Assembly: GCA_012295275.1 (NCBI GenBank)
Contig: CM022669.1
Span: 17,112,001-17,176,000, forward strand
Source: Chrysomallon squamiferum
Lineage: Eukaryota > Animalia > Mollusca
Reading direction: 5' to 3'
DNA: 64,000 nucleotides
In this document: positions 46,471 to 59,380 of the stretch, piece after piece
How the letters are laid out: each line of letters begins with the position of its first letter
Position numbering within the stretch: the first letter of the stretch is position 1
Made by a program: the position numbers and the translations under genes
Notes under the pieces: model-generated
What the model saw: only the letters and a program-made list of their open reading frames with translations
The model's database searches: none
Told to the model about the DNA's origin: nothing

Positions 46471-46999
46471 AACACGTCATTAAATTTACAATAATGATCA
46501 TGACATGTAAATAATATGATAAAAATATCTGAGTGTTTATAAACAGATGAAAATTCTTTACATTCCAAGCAATGTTACTGTGGCTTTGTGATCAATGCTT
46601 GCCTGGGGTGTGTTGTGTCTCAGGATCTATCCTGTTTGGTATCAAATCAACACGTTTACTATCTCATTGACAACTGTTTTAAACACCTCAGTTGAAACGG
46701 CGATTGTTTCTATCAGATGCGAGTACATTTATATCACTTCTCAGTATCAGTTTGAGTCAAGCACATAAGTAATATTAGTAAGTCCCCATTTAAAAAATTA
46801 AATGTTTATTATTTCTGAAAAAAAAAAAAAAAAAAAAAATAATAATAATAATAATAATAATTAATAATAATAATAATTTCCTATATAAAATTCAAATGTG
46901 GACGAATAATAAGAAACGCATAGAAAAAACAAAATAAATGTATTTTAATAAAAGTAAGCGTTAATGCACCATGGATAATAATAGAATGTTATCTCAACA

Positions 47000-48205
47000 T
47001 TAAAAATAATTAAGTTCGTCCGGTCCGGCTGGATTCATTGAAACAACAACAGATGTGTTGCTGACTGCCAACGGCGACGACGGTGGGGACATTGTAGAGA
47101 CACTAACCAAAGCCGAACCGCTACCACGGCCTCCGAATACCGAACGACGACAGCAGAGAATCTGCTTCAAAACTCTGCGAAATCTGGAACCACTGACGCA
47201 GTAGAGGTAAAAGTTAGCGCACCTGTTCACGTATAATAAATAAAAGGCGACTGCGTACATAAGTTTGTTAATATCTGTATCGTCTGAGCCATGACCGGAC
47301 AAAATCACCGTAACGATTACCGAATAAGGTAACGTGAATGCTACTATGGCAAACGAGTCGACGACGAGCATTACCGAAAGTTGACGACTACGGGATTGCA
47401 TTCGAGCGGGTTTCCTGATACTTATTTGGCCGCAGTTTTTAAATTTATTAGATTGGTTGACGTGTTTCAGGATAATGAGATTGCTTACGAAGATTATAAG
47501 AAACGAGGTTATCAAAAATGCATTGTGAATCCAAGGCCAGAATTGCGACCAGAATACATAATAAAGGGGGTTTTCCGTATTCACTTCGCAAAGATATTCG
47601 GAATCGTCATTGGAGACCATTCGTGACGTCATAAGAAAATGAAAATCTTTCGTAGCAATAATGGCCGTAACAATGGCGACGCAGATCTTAGCTCTCCTTT
47701 TCGTGCACAGTGAATGTGCTTGCAGAGGAAGAGTCACGGCAATGGCTCTCTCTGTGGTCATAGCAACAGTTAAAAGAATCCCCAGGTCGCTTGTGAACCA
47801 GCCAGCCAAGTTAAAGAATCTGCACATGGCGTCCGAATGCGGACCTCTCACGATAAGTTCAGGAAAATTGACGTACAACCAGTGAGTCGGTAAAACAATA
47901 GCGAGACTCGACGTGTCCACGACCGCGTTCACCATCATGTAAAAACTCGTGGAGTTGTGACGGAAGCATTTGGAACACATCACCATGACAACAAGTATGT
48001 TGCAGATAATTCCCGAAATGGACAGAATAAGTGGCACGTAGTGATCCAGGTTATCTGCAATTTGAAAAGCGACAGATGTACTGTAATTCTCAGAAATGAT
48101 CCAGTCCTTGCCGTCTGGTAAGCTGAAATTTTGTGTAGGGTCCATGCTGACTTTGTGAGATTCTGTTAATTCAAGGAAATGCAGAAGTAACAAAAAAATG
48201 TTCAT
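47000..48205 (-). CDS. Rhodopsin-like (class A) GPCR, FMRFamide/sex-peptide-receptor-like orphan group, intronless CDS
   Basis: Seven hydrophobic helices; GIICN (TM1), NAVVD (TM2), TERAIAV..P (TM3), FTLP (TM6), NRCANFYLYCVSGSRFRR (TM7/helix 8), CC palmitoylation site, N-terminal sequons NFS and NYS. First ATG at 48205, alternative at 48145. Confidence 0.92.
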   Translation of the reverse strand: MNIFLLLLHFLELTESHKVSMDPTQNFSLPDGKDWIISENYSTSVAFQIADNLDHYVPLILSISGIICNILVVMVMCSKCFRHNSTSFYMMVNAVVDTSSLAIVLPTHWLYVNFPELIVRGPHSDAMCRFFNLAGWFTSDLGILLTVAMTTERAIAVTLPLQAHSLCTKRRAKICVAIVTAIIATKDFHFLMTSRMVSNDDSEYLCEVNTENPLYYVFWSQFWPWIHNAFLITSFLIIFVSNLIILKHVNQSNKFKNCGQISIRKPARMQSRSRQLSVMLVVDSFAIVAFTLPYSVIVTVILSGHGSDDTDINKLMYAVAFYLLYVNRCANFYLYCVSGSRFRRVLKQILCCRRSVFGGRGSGSALVSVSTMSPPSSPLAVSNTSVVVSMNPAGPDELNYF

Positions 48206-48380
48206 CACCGAGAAAAAGGTGACTAATTAGATGATCAACGAATTTGTGGCATAAGCTCTGTAGTTTGTTTGAAATTCAACTAAAAACAATAAATAAAGTT
48301 TAAAATCTACAACGGCATGGATAGTATATAGGTCTACATATTACAAAGCGTAAATAAGATTTAGCAATTCAGTCGTATCC

Positions 48381-48722
48381 ATCGTTTTTTGGATTTATCG
48401 TTGTGGCCGGCTTTCACTGATTTGACTTTCTCTTCTTGGAATTGTTTTGATGTTATTAATCATATCTGGTGAAAAAAATATTAAAATAATGATGTACCAA
48501 AAATTAAAAATAATGATGATTAAATGTGTCTGGATCCAAGAAAGTTCAATCGTTTTTTGGATTTATCGTTGTGGCCGGCTTTCACTGATTTGACTTTCTC
48601 TTCTTGGAATTGTTTTGATGTTATTAATCATATCTGGTGAAAAAAATATTAAAATAATGATGTACCAAGAAATTAAACGTTCGATATGTCAGAGGCAGTG
48701 ACTGATTAAATGTGTCTGGATC
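48381..48722 (+). repeat. Recent tandem duplication (168-bp offset) upstream of the minus-strand GPCR CDS
   Basis: 48381-48500 reads identical to 48549-48668; both copies end in TGATTAAATGTGTCTGGATC. Confidence 0.93.
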
Positions 48723-48974
48723 TTAGACTGGGTTATTTTATTCCAGTTCAAGAAAACACCATTGTAGAGATTGATTTTGGAAGCCTGAAAAAAATGTCTT
48801 CGTGTTTACCGTCGTCGTCTTCTTTAAATATCATCTCTTCTTCTTGTCAAGATTCTGAGAAAATTAAAATTAAATAAATAAACCAACCAACCAACCAACC
48901 AACCAACAAACAAACAAACAAACAAACAAACAAACAAACAAATAAACAAATAAATACATAAATAATAGTAGTAA

Positions 48975-49018
<44 letters not shown>

Positions 49019-49919
49019 ATAATTAATGAATTAATAAAAACAATATAACACACCAGCAATTATTAGACAAAATACATCAGGACCTGTTTTATTCGTAGTC
49101 GTGTTGTTTTGAATAAATGTGCTACAGAAATGTCATAAAGAGATCTATCGATACGACTGTTTTTCATTAACATAAAAAAAAAAATCACAAATAATTATAT
49201 TCCAAGCATCGAGTATCAACAGAAAGTAAACAACAAAACTAATTACATTCTATACGTTTTAAGTATTAAATACAAATATCGACATAAACGAATGAAATCC
49301 AATTACACGGATTAGTAAAGAGGAATATTATCATTTAATAAGAACTTATTACATTTTAATCACGGTTTGGACTGACACGTGTAGATTAATGTAGTTTTCA
49401 CAGTTTTGTTTTTCTCGCTAATGATCATTTGAAAGAAAAAAAACCTAATGTCACTACTGCATAAACAACATTTTTCGATTATCAGCACTGAATCAAGTTA
49501 CATTCATCTTTCATAGAACGAAACGCACACACCCATTGCTTTAGGTAAAAATTATACGAGCATCCTGTTACATTGCGTATCTTGATACTGACATTTCACG
49601 TGACGGAATGAGAGTAGTTCTTACATTACACAACATGAGATATTTCATACGATTCTTTCCAGACAAAAAAGCTCAAGATTTGCCGGTGGCCACGCCCTGG
49701 ATTTCTGGCTCTGACTCTCACGGGTCCTTGTGCGACTGATGGCAATCTCCAGACGAACATATTTACGTTGAATCTAGAACTATTATCCCTAATATTACAC
49801 CACTACTGCTACTATATTATTATTACAGCAACAGCAACAACAACAGCTCTTACTACTAATGCTACTATTACGACGACGACGACTACTAATAACAACAACC
49901 ATATACCCAAAATAATAAC

Positions 49920-49975
<56 letters not shown>

Positions 49976-50220
49976 GAAAGAAGAAGAAGAAGAAAGAAGT
50001 AAAAGTGATAGGGAAAGATTAAGTTAAGTGACTGAAATGGCTTCCTCGAGACGTAGCAGAATTACTTCGAAAAAGAGGATCCAAACTGCTTCTAAACTTA
50101 TTACTTTCCAGAAAAGATGCTGGCACTATCATCATCATCATCGTCGTCGTCATTATTATTATTACTTCACGGTTTATACTCGTTAATCCTTTATCAAAAT
50201 AAAAAACAAACATTACTTAC

Positions 50221-50255
50221 ACCGGCATCAGATACATGACGTAGCGTTCCATTTC
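50221..50255 (-). other. Probable 35-nt 5'UTR exon of the minus-strand GPCR
   Basis: Minus-strand TTTCAG acceptor at 50256 and GTAAGT donor at 50220-50215; downstream acceptors at 48855, 48634 and 48466. Confidence 0.4.
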
Positions 50256-50743
50256 CTGAAATCAATCTTTCCGTGCGGGATAAACATACAGAATAAGAAG
50301 TTGCTTTCACCTTCATAATAATTAAAATAAAACTCCGAATCATAGTCATGTCAAATCACACGACTGACCATAACTTGCAGTTTAACGAGGAAACAAACAA
50401 AAAAAAAAGATAACAAACAACAACAACAACAACAACAAACAAACAAACAAAAAATGCCTTTATCATTATTGCATATTAGAAGCAGACGATATGAATCTGA
50501 TCACAGAGCTGATTCGCGCCATGATGACAGGACGCAGACGACACCGCAAGCAGTGTTCACGCGGTGAATCTACGTAGCGAAAGCTGAGTCCGTGAAACAA
50601 ACAGAATAATTTGTTTTTAAAGGAAAATAACACATATTTAGCATCATAATGAGATTGCTCGACGTTATTAGTTATTTAGGAAAGACTGTTTGGACGATTG
50701 CAAAATCTCTTAGATTATAGGCTCAGTTAAGAAATAATTGACT

Positions 50744-50787
<44 letters not shown>

Positions 50788-52333
50788 ATATTTATTTATT
50801 AAAATTTAAAATCAAAAAAAAAAAAAAAAATAAATAAATAAATAAATAAAACGGACGATAAGTAAAAAAGTTGGATTTACAATGTTTGCGATTTTAACAA
50901 CATCCTTGATGGTTAACGTGTAAATCATCAACAATGACAACAAAAACAACAACTCCCAAAAAAAAAAAAAAAAAAAAAAAAACAACAACAAAAAAAATAA
51001 CCCACCAAAACAATGTGAATAATAAATATATATGTTCACACTGTAAATATAGCCGTAAGTCATATAAATATCAGTTAATATTTTTTCGCGTTGTGCTTTG
51101 ATCAATAAACAGAAAATTAAAAATATTTCTGTATCTACCAGTATGATACATGGTGACTATTATTTGCAAAAAAAAAAAATCCCCCAAAATATACATTATC
51201 TTTAGAATTCATCATTGTTCATCTTTTTATATGGCTTAAAGAAAACATTTCCTAAATATATTTTATTTTAAATGATAAATGAAATTTAATATTTGCTAGA
51301 ATAGCTTGCGTTTTTTAGACAGCATGTATTATATAATTTTATAATATCTATATATATATATATACATACATACATTTATTTTGGTAATAAAGAAAACAAA
51401 AAATAAAAATAAAAGGAAAGAAAGAAACACGCTGGGTTTTTTTCTTTGTCTTTATTTTTATATGAAAATTAAATATATTCATATTTCATATTGGCAATTC
51501 ATGGTCCATTGATTCACAGATTTACTCCGGAACCCAATCGCAAATAGTCTTGATGTTCAGGAAAGCCACGAAGCAGCTCTCTTGTTTCCTGGCTGATGCC
51601 TGTAGCAGCTGTAACATTCTGGGAAGATCCTTTTTTTTTTTTTTTTTTTCCACAGGACATTCCGTATCAAACTGATGAATAACCTATGGAAGTATATGAT
51701 ACAAAAAGAAAAAATGACGCTGAGAATATTTTCCCTCTTTCCTCTTTCCTACCCCGTCCCCCTTCTCCCACGCCACCATTCTCTTTTTCTCTCAACCATT
51801 TTGTTTCTCACATTCTCTCTCTCGCATTCTATCTAGCTACGTATCTGTCTGTCTATGTCAGTCTGTCTGTCTGTCTGTCTATAATTCATCTGTAAATCAG
51901 TTTATTTGTCTAGCTGTCTGTTTATCTGTCTATCCATCTATCTATCTATCTCTCTATGGTGTCTTCCCATTTGGTAGAATTCTCACTTCGTATAATTCCC
52001 ATTTCGTCGAAAAAGCTAATCTACCGCAATACCTGATTACCTCTGTATATATTGAACTTGTTTCTTTCTAACATTCAGAGGCTGTGTGCATTGTTCCTAA
52101 ATCGATTATGTAACATAAACCAAAAGCAGAATAAGCGTTCACTGCTCATTTGTTGTAGATTTGTTACTTTTTCATTATTATCATCATCATCTTCCTCTTC
52201 CTCATTATCATCATCAACATTATTATTATTATTATATTATTACTATTATTATTGTTGTTGTTATTATTATTATTACTGTTATTATTATTATTCGTATTCT
52301 TCTTATTCTTATTCTTATTATAATTACTGTTAC

Positions 52334-52376
<43 letters not shown>

Positions 52377-52982
52377 GTTTAAACTGGTCATTTCTAATTC
52401 ATAAACATTTCCTTTCCGTTACAAAACAAGCAACCAATAATAAACAATTTTACATCAATTTCATCTATCTATTAAAAAACCAAACGAAAAAAGAATGAAA
52501 GAAAAGAAAAATGGCTTGCTTCTGTAAGAGAATATGACAAAAATATTATAAATAACTAATTCAGCAATATAATTTTTAACAAAACATATTTTACATACGA
52601 GTAATTTACTTATATCCAGTAAACAGAATATTTGAACGTTACATTTATCATTAACTTTTCGAATTCAACCATATTCAGCTTAAACATGTACAAGATATAT
52701 GTTACTGATCATATTTACGTTATGCACACACACATATTCAGATTGTGCACATATTATACAATATATTTGACATAGTATATTAATAATATGTACACTAAAG
52801 ATATTATGACCTGCAAATACTTTGGCTATGACTGAAAAAGTTTATACGAAGGACCAAATCATTGGGAATACTTTTAGATAAATACTTTCTTTTTTAATTA
52901 TTTACATTCACTATATTCGATACATAGATTATTTCGATATTTGTCATTATTGCATACTTCATACGATAAGCGATATCCATAC

Positions 52983-53649
52983 TACAATAATACCTCAGAT
53001 TAAAGATGTAATTGGTTCCAAATTTCCGATAGTGAAGTGAGGTATCGTTAAGGGAGACTAATTTACATAGAATTAAGGTTAAAAGCAGTGGTTACTTTCT
53101 CGCTGATGAGATGTGACATAAAAAAAAAGGTGAAAAATGGAGAAATAAAACGGCAGTTTAGACATAAATGATTTAATAGATAGTAGATATTAAGTAAACA
53201 GTAAATCATTTACAAATCAATTTATACAAATACATTAAGAAATAATTATATGCCGCTCGTTGTGGGTTTGGTTTCATTTAAGATAATGTATTTTGTTTCT
53301 AAAGTTATTGTCTTCCGTTTCTTTTTATCATCAGCATTTGCCGGTATCGTGTTATTTGTTTTGACATATTGGAAGGGTAAATTACAAACGAGTTTAAGTC
53401 TAAATGGAAGCTGAAGACAAAAGAGAATCAGAATATCAGATGCACGTATGACGTGTCAACTGATCAACACAGCTGAGAGAAGCTCGTGAATGAACGAAAA
53501 ATTAAAGAAAACCGACTTAAAAACATGCATTGTATACATTTGTATCATTTATTTCCAGCAACTAACTATTAAATTAAATTTCTATTTATATAATTTGTAA
53601 AGAAGAAAGATTGTTAAAGCGTGGTATCGTTAAGCGAGATATTACTGTA
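52983..53649. mobile_element. Degenerate non-autonomous Tc1/mariner-pogo (Tigger-like) element
   Basis: Left end TACAATAATACCTCAGATTAAAGAT versus reverse complement of right end TACAGTAATATCTCGCTTAACGAT; TA flanks; subterminal GGTATCGTTAAG at about 53041 and 53623; no transposase ORF. Confidence 0.62.
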
Positions 53650-54545
53650 TTTATACAATAATAATCGCTTTCCAAATAATCTGGAGCAGTTCATTATAAT
53701 GACTGAGGTAAAACCAAGCATGTCAGTAAGACCACTGAACCATATTTAGCCTTTCTACGAAATGGGATTCTACCATATGGGACTCTATGCTGACGAAAAC
53801 AAATAATAAATTTCTCCAATATGTATAAAAAAAAAAACCTTTATCCTTGCCATTTGACTGAACGAATAAACTGTTATTCATCTCCACTGAAGTAGAACTG
53901 ATTGTTTTGTTGTTGTTGGTTTTTTTTTAGTTTTGTTGTTTGTTTTTTTTGAATGAGAATCATCAAGAGATATTTAAAACTAAATAAAAGTATTGTAGAG
54001 CAACTAACGCAAGCATGCCAATAGGTGCACAATAATATGTACCTACGTATTCTGGTTAATTTTATTATGTATGCTATTGTTGTAGTCTATTAAGCCGCTA
54101 TCGACGTCTTTATCACATATTCTTCTCATAATTTCATTATCTCTGCGTGTATCGGTAATCTTTCTTTGCTTTTTGCTTTCCAATTTTCTTTTTTCTACGA
54201 TTGGCTGCACATTCAAGCTGAAGCCAGACTGACAAGATTAATAGCCAATTGGACGTTGGTCTTAATAAACATGTCAGAAAACATATTTTGAAACTTCCTG
54301 CTTTTAGTCTTATATTGGTCATCTGTTTCACTGTCGTATAGGATGAACGTATGAAACAGCATTTTCGAACAAGAAGATTCTGTCCATACTGAACACAGCA
54401 CCACGCCCATAAGCTAGTCAGTGCAAAAGTGAACTTATAAAAACAGGACCAGAAAAGCCTGAAAACTGAGACGTAATCTGCGAGAAAGAAAATTAGTTTT
54501 GTCATTAACGAAGCAGAATCACGAAATATAACGAAAGCGGAGTAA

Positions 54546-55451
54546 ATGGATAACACTACATACGTTGGCGACAGTAGCCTACTTGCTGTTGCAACCAGTG
54601 TAATAGTCATTCTGGTGTCTTCTGTAATCATCATCGGAGGCAACATTTTGACACTGTTAGCAGTATGGCGGTCAGAATGCTTGAGGACAATACCAAACAT
54701 GTATTTAGTTTCGTTGGCGTTTTCTGACCTTATGACCGGATTTCTTGCTCTGGGCTCGCTCGTAATTCTTCGAGGCTTATCGGAACTTAACAGCAGTAAA
54801 CCTGCATGTCTGACCGTAGCGTTCATGACATCATGGGTTTTCGACGTGTCCGGATTTATTGTTGTCTTGATCGCAATTGACAGGTATATCTATATTAAGT
54901 ATCCATTACGGTACCCCTTAATAGTCGATCATCGCAAAACGTTGGTAGCTATCATTTTATCGTGGATAATTGCTTTTTTGATAAGCATTCATTATTTTAT
55001 AATTTCCAAATTTGACGAAAAAGACGGCTGTTCGCAAGAATCTTTTCTCAGCGACATAGCAAGAATAATTCGTTTTGTCATGTTTATTGCAGAAACTGCT
55101 TTGTTTGCGTACTTCTACGGCACCATCTGTGTGATAGCCAGACGTCTGCAGAGAGTGGTAATTCCGAGCTCCACGACGCAAGTTTCGTCTAACGCAAAGG
55201 CCAATTGGAAACTTATTAAACTATTTCTTGCGGTGTTTGGAGTATTTTTCGTTTGCTGGGCACCAGTCTCTCTAATGCTTGGTTTACAGTTAGTCATGGA
55301 TGTATCTGTCACGTCTGTAAAGCGGATATATGTTTTGATTTACGTCAACGCCGGCGCAAACGTTTTCATTTATGGATGGTTGAACACCGATTTTAGACGT
55401 GCCTATAAAAATATCTTTAAATCTATGAACAAATGCAACTGCTGTAGATGA
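54546..55451 (+). CDS. Rhodopsin-like (class A) orphan GPCR, adenosine/amine-receptor-like fold, intronless CDS, 301 aa
   Basis: GGN (TM1), SLAFSD (TM2), IAIDRY..I.YPLRY, CWAP (TM6), NVFIY and NTDFRRAY (TM7/helix 8), N-terminal NTT sequon, C-terminal CNCCR. Confidence 0.93.
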   Translation: MDNTTYVGDSSLLAVATSVIVILVSSVIIIGGNILTLLAVWRSECLRTIPNMYLVSLAFSDLMTGFLALGSLVILRGLSELNSSKPACLTVAFMTSWVFDVSGFIVVLIAIDRYIYIKYPLRYPLIVDHRKTLVAIILSWIIAFLISIHYFIISKFDEKDGCSQESFLSDIARIIRFVMFIAETALFAYFYGTICVIARRLQRVVIPSSTTQVSSNAKANWKLIKLFLAVFGVFFVCWAPVSLMLGLQLVMDVSVTSVKRIYVLIYVNAGANVFIYGWLNTDFRRAYKNIFKSMNKCNCCR

Positions 55452-56283
55452 ACTGTTTATCACTCGAAGCTGCATGTAATTATATCATTATAACTTTGCA
55501 GTGAGAAAATGACTACGTTACGTGTTGTTAAATCTGATGGCTGCTACCTCTGTTAAAGAAACTCAGTGTCCAGTGAGTCATCATTGATGGTTTTCTTTGG
55601 AGTCTCTTTGTCACTGAATCCGTGTTCATAGTATTTTTCTACAGCAACATATATATCTGACAGACAAATATCAGCAAAAAAGCTATTAGATTCAACGCGA
55701 CAACAAAAGCTGCAGTTAATCAAAAGACAAACTGGAAACTAACGAAATTTTTTATTTTTTTTTTGTTTTTTGTTTTTCTGGCACCATTTTCTCTAATATT
55801 TGGTTTGAAGGTGATCGTAGAAGTGCCAGGTCGCTTGGAAAACTGGAGTTGAGTATATATATTGTTTTATCAAATTGTTTTATCTACAGCAAGCTTGTAA
55901 AGAATCTTGTATAGAAATGTAAACTGTGATGTGAACTGACGTTTATCGTCGTGTTTTTGTCGACATTTTACCTGTCCGCGGATATATAGACATTTTGTTA
56001 AAGACACCTGCCTAAGCACCTGAGTATATTTACAATGGTTTATACTGTAGCACTGATTCCAATTAAAAAGTACTAGTTTTTTTTTTTATAGCTGTCATTG
56101 TTTCAACTCCCTCTTTCTTTCATTCTTTCTCTCTCGCTCGTTCACTCTCCTCTCCTTTCCACTTACTCTTATTCTTACACTCTTTCCTTGTTCTTACAAT
56201 TTCTGACACCCAAAAGACGACATCGTTTTGTATTGAAGTTTTAAACATCAGTTAGTTATATTTATGTTTTTGTATATGTATGA

Positions 56284-56287
<4 letters not shown>

Positions 56288-56338
<51 letters not shown>

Positions 56339-56393
56339 CATACACACACACATACATACATACATACATATATAGATATAGATATAGATATAG

Positions 56394-56426
<33 letters not shown>

Positions 56427-56447
56427 TGTATGTATGTATGTATGTAT
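56288..56447. repeat. Compound (TG)n(TA)n(CATA)n(GATATA)n(TATG)n microsatellite
   Basis: Direct reading. Confidence 0.95.
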
Positions 56448-56829
56448 GTTTACAGATTCTTTTCCCAGTAAATATATTCTGAACAAGTAAAACAAGTAAA
56501 ACCTTTTCAGTTGAATCGTCAATAGTTAGAACAAAATAAAAATAATAATAAAACAAAACAAAACAAAAGCTATTGTGTGTCATCTAAAGTAGTTTTCTCC
56601 TAATGTTCTTAATAAAGATTTTAGTTTTATCTAGGTTAATTCCGTTAAAAGGATTCCCTATAGCAAGAAAACGTTTTATTTTTGTTAATTATTTCCTGGA
56701 AGCAAGTCGTCACTGAGGCTTTTGTTAAAGTTATTCTTTGTCATTTGCTAAGCGATTTACATCTTTGTGTTCTGACTTTAGCTAGAACGTGTTTTTTTCT
56801 TTATTTTTCGCATCTACTTTATATGTGTC

Positions 56830-56861
<32 letters not shown>

Positions 56862-58272
56862 AAAAAGACAAAAAACATTCTAGAACAAAAACGGTAATAA
56901 TACGAGTACCATTCTTTGTAATGAAAATAACATTCACTGTAATCAGCTTAACAACAATAATTCTCGAGTAGTTGACAAACGTAGGAGGTGGTATGTTTAC
57001 ATTGTTTTCGTTATAGTCACTAAACAAAAACAAAACACTTTGGCTTTTGTAAGTTATAAGATTAATGACGATAAGCTGTCTTATTATCAGATGAAAAAAA
57101 AAAATTAAAATAAATATAAATAAGATATAGTCCACAACTTATTATCTTTGAGGTTATTACTAAGTGTGTGATATGTTTCAGTTTCAACTTTCTAAATATT
57201 ATGTAATGCTTTTTTAAACTGAGACAAATAAAAATACATTAATTTGATTGATTTCTTTAAGAAGATATTTTAGGTAATATAAAATGCTGAGAAAAAGCAA
57301 ATGTATTGATAAGAGAGAAAAGAAGAACAACAAAATAAACGTTTTTTATTTTCTCTTGTGAAATAAGGAAATAAATTAATAAATAATATAATATAATATA
57401 ATATAATATAATATAATGTAATATAGTAAAATATGAAAATAAAATAAAATAAAATAAAATAAAATAAAATAAATAAATAAATAAAATAAAATAAAATAAA
57501 ATAAAATAAAATAAACATGTTCATATACGATTTCTAATCAAGATCTGGAAGTCACATTTTAATACTAATTCATCAATATGCATTTACTTTCGTTGCATTT
57601 TTCTGACACTGTAAATGAACTCATAGCTCCGAGTTCTATTTAAGTCAATCTTCAGATCTCAAACCAGTACTGCAGCTGGCGCTTTTAATCTCAGTATTGT
57701 AATAATGACATAAACGATATTTCATCTAACTTATTATGCAAATCCGAGATTCGTTGAGATTTGAGATCTTTCTGATGTTCGTCATTCCACTCGCTGCAAT
57801 ATATCGGTTTTCTTGTATGATATATCTTACTTTCAGTGTTCCTACAGACACACACACACACACACACACACATTTAATACATTAAGAACGAAGCTGTTTC
57901 TTGCTTAAAGCAATATTCTTTTCCCTGTCCTCGTTATTTACAAGCCAAAAAAAAAAAAAAAAAAAAAAAAAAGTGATATATCTTATTATTTCTATTTTTG
58001 TTGTTTACTGGATAATTATTTCATTTTTCTGACATTTGGTGTTTTAAAAACTCGGTAACGTAGGCTGAACATCAGAAACGCTTGGCAACGCTTTTGTATT
58101 CAACGAATGATGATGATGTAATCATTATGAAACTAGTGAATCCAAGGATTGCTCTAAATGTTGTAACTGTATATGTATTTTTGCTGTGAGCTGTTTTCTG
58201 TTAGTAAATAAAAATCAAATAATTATAAGAGTTTAAATCTTTTGTTTTGTTTTTTAAGCTAAATAATTAATT

Positions 58273-58274
<2 letters not shown>

Positions 58275-58368
<94 letters not shown>
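58275..58368. repeat. (CT)n microsatellite
   Basis: Direct reading. Confidence 0.95.
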
Positions 58369-58370
<2 letters not shown>

Positions 58371-59347
58371 TTATTTGTTTAGTTATATATTTTAAAAACC
58401 ATATAAGAAATACTGTGAAGGAAACAGATTTCAGAAAACTAGCGTTATAGAAAACCTGACAGGACATCGTGCAGCGAAAATAACTTTTGTATGAAATAAA
58501 GTAATTTGAAAAGGTCAGATTAACGGATACCTGTATTTCTCTGTTGCGTGTTTTTGTAAAATATTAAAATGACAAAATGGACTATTCTCAATCGTTAGCA
58601 CCTAAGGGTTTCTTTCATATAAAGCTTTCCGCAGACAGAATCACATATGAAGTGCGTTTTGAAGGGAGAGGGGTTACAAAACTTTATAAATAAATTATAA
58701 CAATAAAGAAAAAAACAAAATATATATATATATTTAAATAAGTCAAAACAACAGTAGCAGCAGCAGCAACAACAACAAGAGCAACAACAACAACAACAAT
58801 AATGATATCAATCATTCAGATATCCAGTTAGATGTTATTTCATTTTGTTCGTCGGACAAACAAAGTGTAATTATGTTATAAATTAACAAGTTTGATATTT
58901 TACTCCAGATTTTCAAATCGACAGAACTGCATGTACATCGACCTAAAAAAAAAAAAAACAGGTTTAGTATATAAAGCTGAAATTAAAATGTATTACCTTT
59001 GTACCTCTCTTTTTCATACACACAGAGACTATTGCTACGTCATTTGATTGTTGGTGACGTCATATTTAATATGATTTAATATTTCAGTTGAATGAAAACA
59101 TTTATCCGTTAGCATGTCATATTCCTCTTTTATTAAACAGTTAAAAACATTCTTCTTATTAATAAGCTAATTTAAAATTTTAAGCTTCAAATATATTGTT
59201 ACACTGACGTGATAAACCGTTTTGACGTTACCTACAATGAATGATATGTCATAACCTTTCTGTATAAGCATAAGACAGACAGACAGACAGACACAAATGC
59301 ACACATACAAATAAGCAATATAGGACTTAGTTTATTTTGAATATATC

Positions 59348-59380
<33 letters not shown>

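Noticed and set aside
45674-46568. Repetitive ORFs (MNLWALPLQQYYHEF...)
   Set aside because: They are translations of the 37-bp repeat; the period is not a multiple of 3 and stops recur.
54137-54826. 229-aa minus-strand ORF
   Set aside because: Largely the antisense shadow of the GPCR CDS; no motif support.
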